Shown: positions 36,008 through 45,952, counted from the first letter of the stretch. The stretch: DNA of 64,000 nucleotides from Candidatus Competibacteraceae bacterium (GCA_020444905.1 JAGRHQ010000001.1:810-64809), one strand, 5' to 3'. Translations and numbers: made by a program. The notes: generated from the letters alone by a model not told the origin.

Positions 36008-37072
36008 CTATGGCGTGGTCTGTTCCGGGTACCAGCAACTCTGCTGCCAATAGAAGTACTGGTTATTCATAGCCTGCCGGCGCACTCGTCTATCGGTGTT
36101 GTTGACCCGGCCATCCCTGTTGACATCGCCACAGTCTGCCTGCGTAGACCAGCACTCTTGCAGCCACTGCCTGAACTTATCTCTGACTTCGGTGCGTTTT
36201 TGATTTTGATCCTGCGCGTCGACTGCATTGTCGCCATTCATGTCGGCGCAGGCGAAATAATCGCGATGCTGGCTGTCCTGAATGAAGGCCGAGAAATTGG
36301 CTACTCGCGTATAGACTCCATATTTGCCGGCCCGGCCACAACCGATCCCCCAACTGGTGATGCCCGCCAATTGGTACTCTCCCAGATTCACCAGCAACGG
36401 TCCGCCACTATCGCCTTGACAAGTATCCGTGCCGCCTTTGGCATAACCAGCGCACAACATGTTGTCAGTAATCTCTTCAGAGGCCAACGCCGTCTCACAA
36501 ACCGGGTTAGCGACAATCGGCAAGAAGGCTTCCTGCAGCACCGCTGGATATTGCGGCCATCCCCGGCGTTGAGTATTCCCCCATCCCAGAATCAACGCTT
36601 CTTGGCCAACCAGGGTATCCTGACCACTGTAAACCGGGATGGGCGCATCATTAGCGACCTTCTGCAATTCCAGAAGAGCGATATCGAAATCGCTCGATCC
36701 TGCATCGTATTGCGAGTGAATAACAATGCGCTTGACGCCAAGGCGTTGCCCAATTCCATTGGCTAAATCCTGCTTCAGGTCGCGCACGCCCAACACGACA
36801 TCCAGCTCGCTGGGCAACTCAGTCTCCACACAATGCGCGGCGGTGGCTACCCAGTTTGCAGCGATCAATGATCCGCCACAAAAGAACCCATCGTAAACAT
36901 CCGGTTCTGAGGCAAATACCAGAACCGCCATCCACGGATAAAAATCAGTGGCTTCTCGGCCGCCAATAATCCGAGGCTCAAGTTTTTGACTCGCACCTGA
37001 AACCAGACCAGGAATCATCATAAAAATCAACAACAGACTACTGAAGGCGATTCGCCAGATTCGAGTCATCAT
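36008..37072 (-). CDS. Secreted trypsin-like (S1) serine protease with a C-terminal dockerin/EF-hand-like Ca-binding repeat region
   Basis: Signal peptide ...IPGLVSGA, activation-type IIGG, and the triad motifs TAAHC, DIALLEL and GDSGGPL. C-terminal loops are DMNGDNAVDAQD and DVNRDGRVNNTD, followed by a Cys/Trp-rich tail. Confidence 0.88.
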   Translation of the reverse strand: MMTRIWRIAFSSLLLIFMMIPGLVSGASQKLEPRIIGGREATDFYPWMAVLVFASEPDVYDGFFCGGSLIAANWVATAAHCVETELPSELDVVLGVRDLKQDLANGIGQRLGVKRIVIHSQYDAGSSDFDIALLELQKVANDAPIPVYSGQDTLVGQEALILGWGNTQRRGWPQYPAVLQEAFLPIVANPVCETALASEEITDNMLCAGYAKGGTDTCQGDSGGPLLVNLGEYQLAGITSWGIGCGRAGKYGVYTRVANFSAFIQDSQHRDYFACADMNGDNAVDAQDQNQKRTEVRDKFRQWLQECWSTQADCGDVNRDGRVNNTDRRVRRQAMNNQYFYWQQSCWYPEQTTP

Positions 37073-37141
37073 TACTTACCTATCACTACCGGTTGCTTTC
37101 TAAATCAACAAAATGATAAACGACCCTGGGACAGTCCCCGT

Positions 37142-38062
37142 TTAGGCTGTGCCTCTCTTGGCCTTCACAGGTTCTGGATTGGGCGCTACGTCCACCGACA
37201 CTGTGAGCGTGTGCGCGCCGCCACCGGTCATTACCCCCTGCAAGGGCGCTACATCGCCATAATCGCGTCCCCAAGCCACAGTGACATGCTTTTCGCGAGG
37301 CATACAATTATTGGTTGGATCGAATTCCGCCCATCCCGTTCCGGGGACGTACACCGCCAACCAGGCATGCGAAGCATCGGCGCCGATCAACCGGGGTTGG
37401 CCCGGCGGCGGAAGGGTTTCCAGATAACCACTCACGTAGCGAGCCGCCAGTCCCAGCGAGCGCAAACAGGCAATAGCCAAATGCGCGAAGTCCTGGCAAA
37501 CCCCTCGCCGTTCGCTTAGCACTTCGTTGAGTGGGGTAGCGACCGTGGTGAAATGCGGATCGTAGGTAAAATCTTCGTAAATACGTTGGTTTAAATCAGC
37601 TACAGCCTCAAGCAACGGGCGATCTGAAGTAAAACTGGGTTCTGCGTAGGCGCGAAAGTCGCGATGGGCAGCTATAAACGGCGAATCCAGCCGAAACAGC
37701 CGGGCTTCGATAATTTCCGGATCGGGGTCTTCCCGCAACATTTGACGCGCCTGCTCCCAGGGTGGCGAGGGGCTGAATTCATCGAATAAACGCTCATCGA
37801 GGACGCGCACCTCGGTCGCGACGGTGACTTCCAATTTTTGGTGAATGTCCTGAATCGCAAAGTACAGCACCCGGTTACCGAAAAAATCCTGGCGTTCGAC
37901 CGATAACGCCGGTCGTGGTTTGATCCGGATCTGACTGGGCCGGCACAGTTGCCAGTTGGTTTCCCTCGGCAGCAGCCGCGCTTCGTTATGACAGAGCGCT
38001 ACACCGCTGCTGTATTGGTAAATCGTGCGGTGGGTAATGGTGTACCGCATATTTATGGTCAC
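37142..38062 (-). CDS. Transglutaminase-family protein (Bact_transglu_N + transglutaminase core)
   Basis: MRYTITHRTIYQYSS..., catalytic-Cys motif RRGVCQDFAHL, then ASHAWLAVY...FDPTN. The start is GTG 38062 (GTGA overlap with the upstream stop) or ATG 38050. Confidence 0.85.
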   Translation of the reverse strand: MTINMRYTITHRTIYQYSSGVALCHNEARLLPRETNWQLCRPSQIRIKPRPALSVERQDFFGNRVLYFAIQDIHQKLEVTVATEVRVLDERLFDEFSPSPPWEQARQMLREDPDPEIIEARLFRLDSPFIAAHRDFRAYAEPSFTSDRPLLEAVADLNQRIYEDFTYDPHFTTVATPLNEVLSERRGVCQDFAHLAIACLRSLGLAARYVSGYLETLPPPGQPRLIGADASHAWLAVYVPGTGWAEFDPTNNCMPREKHVTVAWGRDYGDVAPLQGVMTGGGAHTLTVSVDVAPNPEPVKAKRGTA

Positions 38063-40602
38063 ATGGTAATCAATTGCTGAGGCACTTCAGCATGGCTGAA
38101 ATGACTATGGGTCAAGGCGTCGGACAGACCCGACAGGGGTGTGTGCAGGGCGTCCAGCAATCGATCCAGTTCGGTGCTGGAATGGGTGCTGTCATGGGAG
38201 AGGGTCGCCAGCGCCGCGATATCCGCCAGTTGCAGGGTAGACATCGCTTCCAGAATCAACCGTTCTTCGGCGCTGCGATAGGGAGAGCCGTCCGATTGTT
38301 GCAGGCGACCGATATGCCGTTGCAGTCGCCGCAGTTGATAACCGACCGAGCGGGGATTGCCCTCATCAAAAAGCAGTAGATCGATGATCGCCGTCGGGTG
38401 CAATGCGGACCGATAGCGCCGCCGATAAACCGTCAGATTGTCGGTAATGGTCAATACCACTTCCCAGAGCGGCACGCCGGGATGACGAGCAGTGATGAAC
38501 GCCAGCTTGAACAACTCCAGCGTGCGCAGCACCCGCTCCAGATAGCGCCCGATGTCAAAAAACAGCCACCCCTGATGATGCGGCATGGTTTCGTTGTTCA
38601 GTCCGCAGAATGCCGCCACCAACATCAGTTGTTCTTCCAGCAGTTCCCGCGCCTGTCGGGCGCCCAATCCCGGCGACGGTTCCTGCACCCAGTGTTGCAA
38701 GCGATTCAACAACCGCCAACCGTCATCGCCCAGGTGATTGCGCACCGCCCGCCCCGTGCGCAACATGCCGTTGAAAATGGTCTCCATGCTGCCGGGATGT
38801 TCGGACGCCAGTAGCAGACTCAGCAAGGTCTGTCGCAAGGCAAAGAACCGGGCGCGCGGCGATTCCGCCACCGGCGGCACTGGGATATCCAACGCTTCAA
38901 ATAAATCGTCCAGACAACGTTCATCAGTATTATCCTGCTCCCACTCCAGCAATCGACCGAGCGCTTCCCGCAACAACCGCGCGGTGCCATCGAACCGTTC
39001 ACAGTAACGGCCCAGCCAGAACAGATTGTCGGCAACCCGACTGGGCAGATCGCTGCCGTCACGAGTGGCTACAATCGGACCGTGAGCCTGACGCAGCAGG
39101 CTGACATGCCGCTGTGGAGTCTCCGCCAACACCCACCAGTCCTTGCTGATACCGCCTTTTTGCAGAGCCGCTTGCAAGGTATCCAGTCCAGAGGACACGC
39201 GGGCTAACCCTCCGGGCATGACTCGATAGCCATCGTCTTCAGTTACTACAAAACCGCGCAACATCACTGGGCGCGGCAGCAACTTGCCTTCTTCCAGCAC
39301 CGGCGCGGTCGATAGCGGCTGAGGTTCCTGGGCGACAAACAGGTAAGGCTTAGCCTGTATCTGTTCGATTAATTGGGTCCGTAGCGTATCGTCGAGCTGA
39401 TAACCTTCCCAATAGGGTCCGTTGGGCAAAATTGAACGCACCACCAGACGGTCGAGATGACTCAATACATAATCGCGATCACTGGGGTTGCCGCACCACC
39501 AGGTGGGCAATGAAGGTAACTTGAGATCCTCGCCAAGCAATTGTCGGCACAGCAACGGCAGAAACGCCGCGAGCCCAGGATTTTCGATAATGCCGCTGCC
39601 CAAAGCGTTGGCCAGAACCACATGACCGCCGCGCACGGCTTGCAGGAGTCCCGGCACCCCCAACAAGGAATCGCCGCGTAATTCCAGGGGATCGCAAAAG
39701 GCGTCAAGCACTCGCCGCAAAATAACATCGACAGGTTGCAATCCACCCAGGGTTTTCAACCAGACTCGGCCATCGCGCACCACCAGATCCTCGCCTTCGA
39801 CCAGGCTGAGCGACAGATAATTGGCCAAGTAGGCATGTTCAAAATAAACGGGACTGTTCGGACCCGGCGTCAACAGCACCACATGCGGGTTTTCCGAATG
39901 GTGGCGCGCTAATCCCGCCAAGGTGGCGCGTTCGGTTTCCAGGAAACTAGCTAGGCGGCGCAGCGGGGCGTCGCGATAGAGCATCGGTAGCGCCCGCGCC
40001 AGGATAATGCGGTTCTCCAGCGTGTAACCGGCGCCGGAGGGTGACTGCGTGCGGTCACCGTAGACCCGAAACACGCCGTCCGGTCCACGCGCCAGATCGA
40101 TGCCATGAAAAATCAGCTCACGTTGTCCAGCCGGCAACGATTGATGACAGGGCGCGAGAAATCCAGGATGTGGATAAATTAATTCCGGAGGCAGCCAGCC
40201 TTGACGAATCGCCAGTCGCTGGTCGTATAAATCCGCCAGCAGCGCATTCATCAACCGGGTGCGCTGTTCCAGTCCAGCCGCCAGCTCGCTCCATTCTTCA
40301 CCTGTCATCAACAGCGGAATGGGGTCGACCAGCCAATGTTGCTGCGAACTGCGTAGATCATCATACGTGTTGTAGGTGACGCCGTCGGTTTGTAACAGAC
40401 GTTGCACCTCACCGTGACGGCGCTCCAGTTCCTCGCCGCCGATTTCTTCCAGCGATTTAGCGATCGCTTGCCAATGAGGACGCAATACGCCCGGCGCTGA
40501 ACACATCTCGTCATAACCGGTTTCGTCGACGGGATAGTTGGCGACCAGGGTTTCGTTGGGCGATTCCAGCTCGTCCGGGTAGGCAATCGCGGCTTGGATC
40601 AT
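38059..40602 (-). CDS. Fusion of a circularly permuted type-2 ATP-grasp domain and an alpha-E domain (847 aa)
   Basis: The N-terminal half (GYDEMCSAPGVLRPHWQ..., VVLLTPGPNSPVYFEHAYLANYL, VVRDGRVWLKTLGGLQPVDVILRR) and the C-terminal half (NLFWLGRYCERFDGTARLLRE..., FDIGRYLER) match the two conserved families as I recall them. These families co-occur with transglutaminases. Confidence 0.75.
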   Translation of the reverse strand: MIQAAIAYPDELESPNETLVANYPVDETGYDEMCSAPGVLRPHWQAIAKSLEEIGGEELERRHGEVQRLLQTDGVTYNTYDDLRSSQQHWLVDPIPLLMTGEEWSELAAGLEQRTRLMNALLADLYDQRLAIRQGWLPPELIYPHPGFLAPCHQSLPAGQRELIFHGIDLARGPDGVFRVYGDRTQSPSGAGYTLENRIILARALPMLYRDAPLRRLASFLETERATLAGLARHHSENPHVVLLTPGPNSPVYFEHAYLANYLSLSLVEGEDLVVRDGRVWLKTLGGLQPVDVILRRVLDAFCDPLELRGDSLLGVPGLLQAVRGGHVVLANALGSGIIENPGLAAFLPLLCRQLLGEDLKLPSLPTWWCGNPSDRDYVLSHLDRLVVRSILPNGPYWEGYQLDDTLRTQLIEQIQAKPYLFVAQEPQPLSTAPVLEEGKLLPRPVMLRGFVVTEDDGYRVMPGGLARVSSGLDTLQAALQKGGISKDWWVLAETPQRHVSLLRQAHGPIVATRDGSDLPSRVADNLFWLGRYCERFDGTARLLREALGRLLEWEQDNTDERCLDDLFEALDIPVPPVAESPRARFFALRQTLLSLLLASEHPGSMETIFNGMLRTGRAVRNHLGDDGWRLLNRLQHWVQEPSPGLGARQARELLEEQLMLVAAFCGLNNETMPHHQGWLFFDIGRYLERVLRTLELFKLAFITARHPGVPLWEVVLTITDNLTVYRRRYRSALHPTAIIDLLLFDEGNPRSVGYQLRRLQRHIGRLQQSDGSPYRSAEERLILEAMSTLQLADIAALATLSHDSTHSSTELDRLLDALHTPLSGLSDALTHSHFSHAEVPQQLITM

Positions 40603-40979
40603 GAATGCCTCTGTTGTTGTGTGGTGCGGCGCAGGCGATTCGCCAGAGTGCGCATCACCTGAATAGCAAACAGGGGGGTGCGTTGAATAAGGGTGAGGAA
40701 ATGCTGACGGGTGACGGGAACCAGCAAACAGTCGGTGGCAGCGATGGCGCTGGCGCTGCGCGGGCGATCCTCGATGAGCGCCATTTCACCCAGGATATCC
40801 CCGGCGCCAAGGGTTTCAATGACTTGGCTGTCCACCCAAATATTGACCTGGCCTTCAGCCACGATATACAAAGTATCGCCCGGTTCGCCTTGCTGGAAAA
40901 TCACTTGGCCAGCGGAGAAGGGCAAATGTTCTTCGGCTCTGTTAAAAGGTTCCTGCGTTGACATGGAGCTTCTCGTCAT
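40599..40979 (-). CDS. Stand-alone cyclic-nucleotide-binding domain protein
   Basis: FQQGEPGDTLYIVAEGQVNIW...LGAGDILGEMALIEDRPRSASAIA, with no DNA-binding or other output domain. The stop overlaps the ATG of the ATP-grasp gene (ATGA at 40599-40602). The start is uncertain: TTG 40991, ATG 40979 or ATG 40964. Confidence 0.8.
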   Translation of the reverse strand: MTRSSMSTQEPFNRAEEHLPFSAGQVIFQQGEPGDTLYIVAEGQVNIWVDSQVIETLGAGDILGEMALIEDRPRSASAIAATDCLLVPVTRQHFLTLIQRTPLFAIQVMRTLANRLRRTTQQQRHS

Positions 40980-41089
40980 GCGGGGAATCAATCGGTGTTA
41001 AGCGCGCTGGCGCTGGTCGGTTCGCAGATACGGATTGGCGACAGTGTAGCCGACTTTGCCGCATTCGGGGTAGCGAGGAGATTGTAGCT

Positions 41090-43345
41090 TTATTCCCGCT
41101 CCACAGCAGACTCTACTATCTGGCCAAAACTGATGGCGGCGTCGTTGACCGGAAGACGCCCGGGTAACAGCGTCTCGAACCCGGCTTCTGAAAGCAGCAA
41201 TATGCTCTGTTCGGTCAGAAGGCGGTTCTGGAAAACGCCGCCGGCGAAACCGACCTGCTGGACGCCATGCGCCTGCCGGATTCGTTCAGCTTGGCGCAGC
41301 ATGAGTTTGGCCAGGCTGGCGTGGAAACCAGTCGCGCGTTCCTCGCGGGTTCTTTCTCCATCCATTAACATTGGTAAAAGCGGCGACCAGTCAGCACGCC
41401 AGACTCCTTCATCGCAATACAACGGCATCTCGACGAATTCCCGAGAGGCCATACTGCACGCTTCCAAAGCCATCGCGGCTTGCCCTTCATAGCTCTGTGT
41501 TTGTGCGATGCCGATCAATGCGGCGGCAGCGTCAAACCAGCGGCCAACCGACGAAGTCACCGGACAATTGATCTCGCGCTGCCAAGCTGTCCGCACCAAA
41601 CCGCTTTCAACAGGTCTGTCCGGCCAATCCAGACCGGCTTCCCAGCACATCGCCAACGCACACCGCCAAGGATCGCGGCTCGCCTGGTTACCGCCAATTA
41701 AGCGGAACGGGCGCAGGCTGGCGACCCGCCGCCACTGTCCGGGCATCCCCAGCAGCGCCTCACCGCCCCAGAGCGTCTGGTCTTCGCTAAATCCCAATCC
41801 ATCCCAAGTGAACACCAAAATCGGTTTTTTCAGGGTGAATTCGCCGAACAGCGCCGAAGCGTGGGCGTGGTGATGAAAAATGCGCTGAATCTCAATGCCC
41901 CGGCCCCGCGCCCAGCGGCTTGAGAAATAGTCAGGATGGGCGTCGCAAACGATTCGTTCAGGGGTAACCGCATAAAGCCGGCACAGATCTTCGATGACTT
42001 GCTCGAACACATCCAGGCTGCGGGGCGCGCCGAGATCGCCAAGATGTGGCGAGATCAGTGCGCGGTCTTCTACGGCCAAGGCAATGGTGTTCTTGAGATC
42101 CGCGCCCAGCGCCAAAGTGGGGCGACTGACCGGCGTCTTCAGCCGTAGTTCGACCGGCGCCAGACCTCGGCCCAGACGCAGCGGCCGGGGAATGCCGCCG
42201 ATTATCCGAAACACCGAGTCGTCGGCGGGACGACGAATCGGCCGGTTGTGATGCAGGAAAGCGTCAGCCACCGCACCAAGCCGTCTTTCCACGCTTTCAG
42301 CGTCGGTCAACACCGGCTCGCCGCTGATATTCGCCGAGGTAGCGACCAGTGGCCCGCCGAAATCGGTTAGTAGCAAATGGTGCAACGGGCTGTAAGGTAG
42401 CATCAGACCGATCTCCCCCAATCCGGGCGCGATCGATGGGGTAAGTACGGCAGTGGGCGATTTCGGTGCAAGCACAATGGGGCGTAACGGCGAACGCAGG
42501 CAGGCCAGCGCCACATCGTTGGGCGCGGCGATCTTCGCTCTCATACTGTCGTTGAATAGCCAATCTTCGGGAACCAGCACCGCCAACGGTTTCCAGGGCC
42601 GATGCTTGCGTTCCCGCAGCCGTTGCACCGCTGGGTCGGAGCGCGCGTCGCACATCAAGTGATAGCCGCCGATACCCTTGACAGCGACAATCAGGCCCGC
42701 CTGCAAAGCGCAGATGCAAGCCGTCAGCACCGCCTCGTTACCGGTTACGGGCGCTAATCCCTCTCCTCGGAATTCCAGCACAGGCCCACAGCGGGGACAG
42801 GCCAGGGGCTGGGCATGATGGCGGCGATCGGCAGGATTGTCATATTCCGCCTGACAATCGGCGCAGAGCGGGAAACAGGTCATCGCCGTATTGGGTCGGT
42901 CGTAGGGCAACCGGTCGATGATCGTGTAGCGCGGCCCGCACTGGGTGCAGTTGGTGAACGGATAACGGTAGCGACGGGCAGCGGAGTCGGCCATTTCCCG
43001 CAGGCAATCCGCGCAAACAAAATAATCGGGCGGAATGACGATCGGTCTGGATTCGCCAGCTTCACTCTCGCGGATGGTGAATTCCGGGTAGCCAAGAAAC
43101 TCCGTATCCTCGACAGCAGGTGTTTCGGGACAAGCTAAGGGCGGCGCTTCCGCGCACAGGGCGCGAACGAATTCAGCGAGTCGAGCCGGTTCGCCCTCGA
43201 CATGAATGTCAACGTCCCCACTGCGATTTCGCACCCATCCTCGCAGTCTCAGCCGCTGGGCCAATCGGCCAATGAAAGGACGAAATCCAACGCCCTGAAC
43301 CCGGCCCTGAATCCGAATGCGTTGCGCAATCCCCGATCCAGTCAT
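41090..43345 (-). CDS. hypF: [NiFe]-hydrogenase maturation carbamoyltransferase HypF
   Basis: Acylphosphatase-like start RIRIQGRVQGVGFRPF, zinc-finger CxxC pairs (CADCLREM, CTQCGPRYT, CADCQAEY, CPRCGP), and YrdC- and Kae1-like regions. 751 aa. Confidence 0.93.
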   Translation of the reverse strand: MTGSGIAQRIRIQGRVQGVGFRPFIGRLAQRLRLRGWVRNRSGDVDIHVEGEPARLAEFVRALCAEAPPLACPETPAVEDTEFLGYPEFTIRESEAGESRPIVIPPDYFVCADCLREMADSAARRYRYPFTNCTQCGPRYTIIDRLPYDRPNTAMTCFPLCADCQAEYDNPADRRHHAQPLACPRCGPVLEFRGEGLAPVTGNEAVLTACICALQAGLIVAVKGIGGYHLMCDARSDPAVQRLRERKHRPWKPLAVLVPEDWLFNDSMRAKIAAPNDVALACLRSPLRPIVLAPKSPTAVLTPSIAPGLGEIGLMLPYSPLHHLLLTDFGGPLVATSANISGEPVLTDAESVERRLGAVADAFLHHNRPIRRPADDSVFRIIGGIPRPLRLGRGLAPVELRLKTPVSRPTLALGADLKNTIALAVEDRALISPHLGDLGAPRSLDVFEQVIEDLCRLYAVTPERIVCDAHPDYFSSRWARGRGIEIQRIFHHHAHASALFGEFTLKKPILVFTWDGLGFSEDQTLWGGEALLGMPGQWRRVASLRPFRLIGGNQASRDPWRCALAMCWEAGLDWPDRPVESGLVRTAWQREINCPVTSSVGRWFDAAAALIGIAQTQSYEGQAAMALEACSMASREFVEMPLYCDEGVWRADWSPLLPMLMDGERTREERATGFHASLAKLMLRQAERIRQAHGVQQVGFAGGVFQNRLLTEQSILLLSEAGFETLLPGRLPVNDAAISFGQIVESAVERE

Positions 43346-43369
43346 ATTGCCCGCGCTTTAACCATGCGC

Positions 43370-44491
43370 TCAGGCTGCGACGGACTCGGCGGGAGATGTT
43401 GCGCGTTCACGAATACCCGACGCCCACCAGATGCGGCAAGCCCCCTCGTCCGAGACCATGCACGGGCCGATCGGCGTGCGCGGCGTGCAAGGCGAACCGT
43501 AGATGCGGCACTCCGGGGGCGTGACTTTGCCCAGCACGACGCGGGCGCAATCGCAACCGGGCGGCATGTCCCCGACCCGGCGGCGGCCTGTATCTTGCTC
43601 TTCAGGAAAGTGTTGCCGGGCGTCGTGCGTTGCATAACGCGCCTTGAGCGCGTAGCCAGAACGGGGAATCGTTCCAATCCCGCGCCAGTTCGCATCGATC
43701 ACGTCGAAACACTCGCTCAGGCAGCGCCGGGCCACGGAGTTACCGCCGGGCTTCACCGCCACCGTATAACAATTCTCCAGCTTGGGTTCGCCATCCAACG
43801 CCTGTCCAAGTACTGTGTAAATCGCCGCCAGTAGGCTGTCCGGTGTGAACCCGGCAATCGCCGTGGGAATATGATGGCGCGTCGCCACGAAATCCCACTC
43901 CTCGGGTCCCATCACCGTAGAGACATGGCCCGGTGCAATCAGAGCATCCAAACCGGCATCGCCCGATTCCAGCAGCATCGCCACGGCTGGCCAGGTCAGC
44001 CGACCGCTTATCAGTAGAAACAAGTTGTCCGGCAGCCCTTCGGCGATCAGGGCTGCAATCGGCGCTAGGGTTGTTTCAAAACCGACGGCATGAAAAATGA
44101 CTGACCGCTCTGGACACGTTCTGGCTATTTCCAGCGCATCCCGTGGCGAAGCAATAGGCCGGATATCTGCGCCCGCCGCCTTGGCTTCCTCCAGCGAACG
44201 AACCTCGCCATGCGGCGCATTCACTGGCACCCGCAGCATATCGCCGAAACTGACCAGAGTCGCTGGTTCCCGCAAAGCCCATTGAATTATCTGATAAATG
44301 TCTTCTTCGGGACAAATACATACCGGGCAGCCCGGCCCAGGGATTAGGCGAATGTTTTCTGGCAGCAGGCTGCGCAGGCCCGCCATGGCAATCGAGCGCT
44401 CGTGGCCGCCACAGACATTCATGATGCGAACGGGGTGGGGTAATTCGAGGTCCCGGATTTTTTCCAACCAGTCCTGGGCGCGATGAGACAT
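43370..44491 (-). CDS. hypD: Hydrogenase maturation protein HypD
   Basis: RIMNVCGGHE, GPGCPVCICP, FETT, and the C-terminal Cys-rich PPGCDCARVVLG...C..PRTPIGPCMVSDEGAC. Confidence 0.93.
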   Translation of the reverse strand: MSHRAQDWLEKIRDLELPHPVRIMNVCGGHERSIAMAGLRSLLPENIRLIPGPGCPVCICPEEDIYQIIQWALREPATLVSFGDMLRVPVNAPHGEVRSLEEAKAAGADIRPIASPRDALEIARTCPERSVIFHAVGFETTLAPIAALIAEGLPDNLFLLISGRLTWPAVAMLLESGDAGLDALIAPGHVSTVMGPEEWDFVATRHHIPTAIAGFTPDSLLAAIYTVLGQALDGEPKLENCYTVAVKPGGNSVARRCLSECFDVIDANWRGIGTIPRSGYALKARYATHDARQHFPEEQDTGRRRVGDMPPGCDCARVVLGKVTPPECRIYGSPCTPRTPIGPCMVSDEGACRIWWASGIRERATSPAESVAA

Positions 44492-44515
44492 GAGCGACTC
44501 TCCAACAGTGGATTT

Positions 44516-45364
44516 TCAGGTCGTCGCGGCGAGGGGCCTGAAGACGATTTGGGGACCCGGCGCATGGAGCCTGCGACCTTCGGATTCAACCCGTGGCGTC
44601 AAGGTCTGGCGCTCTTTCAGCAACTCGCGGTAGTGATCTATTTCCGCCGCCAACCACCCGAACCAGTCGGCCAGCCCTTCTCCCGATCGGGCCGACAGAT
44701 GCAAAGCAGGCGCAGTCGAAGCCAGGCGACGCAAACAGTGTTCCGCCCGGACCGGCGAGAACTCGGTAAGATAAGGCAAAAGGTCGGTCTTGCTGATCAA
44801 CATCAGATCGGCGGCGCGGAACATGACCGGGTACTTGGCCGGCTTGTCATCGCCCTCAGTCACTGAGAGCAGAATTACATTGCGGTGGTGGCCCAGATCA
44901 AAGCTGGCCGGACATACCAGGTTGCCGACATTTTCGATGAACAGAAGATCCAGTTTGGTTAAATCCAGTCGATCGAGCGCGCTATGAATCAGGTGCGCGT
45001 CCAGATGGCAGGCCGTGCCGGTCGTAATCTGGTGGACTGGAACATCCAGCGCGCGGATGCGGTCGGCGTCATTCTCGGTTTCCAGATCACCCTCGATAAC
45101 GCCGATGCGCAGCTTGCCCTGCAACGTGCGAATGGTGGACTCCAGCAGCGACGTCTTGCCGGAACCAGGCGAAGACATCAGATTGATGGTTAACACGCCT
45201 TGCGCATCAAGCCGGGTTCGATTGATCCGGGCCTGCTGATCATTATGGTCCAACAAACCGTTCAGAATCTTCTCCGGGGTGGAAATCTGCGCGGCGCGAT
45301 TTGGAGGAGGACTCAGCAGATGGCGATTGCCGTCAGTGATATTACATCCACAGGTATTACACAT
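44516..45364 (-). CDS. hypB: Hydrogenase nickel-incorporation GTPase HypB
   Basis: N-terminal MCNTCGC nickel site, P-loop SSPGSGKTSL, ENVGNLVCP, and NKTDL-like ISKTDL. Confidence 0.93.
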   Translation of the reverse strand: MCNTCGCNITDGNRHLLSPPPNRAAQISTPEKILNGLLDHNDQQARINRTRLDAQGVLTINLMSSPGSGKTSLLESTIRTLQGKLRIGVIEGDLETENDADRIRALDVPVHQITTGTACHLDAHLIHSALDRLDLTKLDLLFIENVGNLVCPASFDLGHHRNVILLSVTEGDDKPAKYPVMFRAADLMLISKTDLLPYLTEFSPVRAEHCLRRLASTAPALHLSARSGEGLADWFGWLAAEIDHYRELLKERQTLTPRVESEGRRLHAPGPQIVFRPLAATT

Positions 45365-45369
45365 AGCGA

Positions 45370-45723
45370 TCAGTCTTCATTTCTGACAAGTTCAACCCGC
45401 GCGAGGATCAGTTCATACCCGTCAATCAATTTCGTATCAAGATTCCCGCAGACCGGGCAACTCAGGTTATTGGGCAAGGTTTCGGATTCCGCGCCGCACG
45501 TGCGACAGGTCACGCGGGGCGCTGTTTCTTCTGTAATCAGTTCCGCCGTTTCGGCAATGGTTCCCGCTTGGATCAGGGTAAAAGCGTTGCGCAACAACTG
45601 CGCTTCGACTCCGGAGAGCGCGCCCACTCGGACCTCGATCCGCGCGACTGCGACTGCGTCATGGAGTTTGGCTAAGTCGGTGAGCTGATCGATGATATTC
45701 TGGCACAGGGAGAGTTCATGCAC
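45370..45723 (-). CDS. hypA: Hydrogenase nickel insertion protein HypA
   Basis: MHELSLCQNII start (MHE nickel site) and the zinc motifs CRTCG...CPVCG. 117 aa. Confidence 0.92.
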   Translation of the reverse strand: MHELSLCQNIIDQLTDLAKLHDAVAVARIEVRVGALSGVEAQLLRNAFTLIQAGTIAETAELITEETAPRVTCRTCGAESETLPNNLSCPVCGNLDTKLIDGYELILARVELVRNED

Positions 45724-45952
45724 TCATTTCTTCCCCGGCCAGCAGTTCATCGAACAGCTCCCAGGATTCCCGGGCCTCTTCAGCGCTGATTTTCTGAATG
45801 GCGTAGCCTACATGGATCAGCACCCAATCCCCAATGCCGATCGGCTCATCCTGCAACATGAAGAGGCTGACTTGGCGCATGACGCCTTTGGCGGAACAGC
45901 GCGCCTCGAAACCGTTGATTTGCGTAATCTGCATGGGAATGGCCAGACACAT
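45716..45952 (-). CDS. hypC: Hydrogenase assembly chaperone HypC
   Basis: MCLAIPMQI start with the essential Cys2. 78 aa. It overlaps hypA by 8 nt. Confidence 0.92.
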   Translation of the reverse strand: MCLAIPMQITQINGFEARCSAKGVMRQVSLFMLQDEPIGIGDWVLIHVGYAIQKISAEEARESWELFDELLAGEEMSA

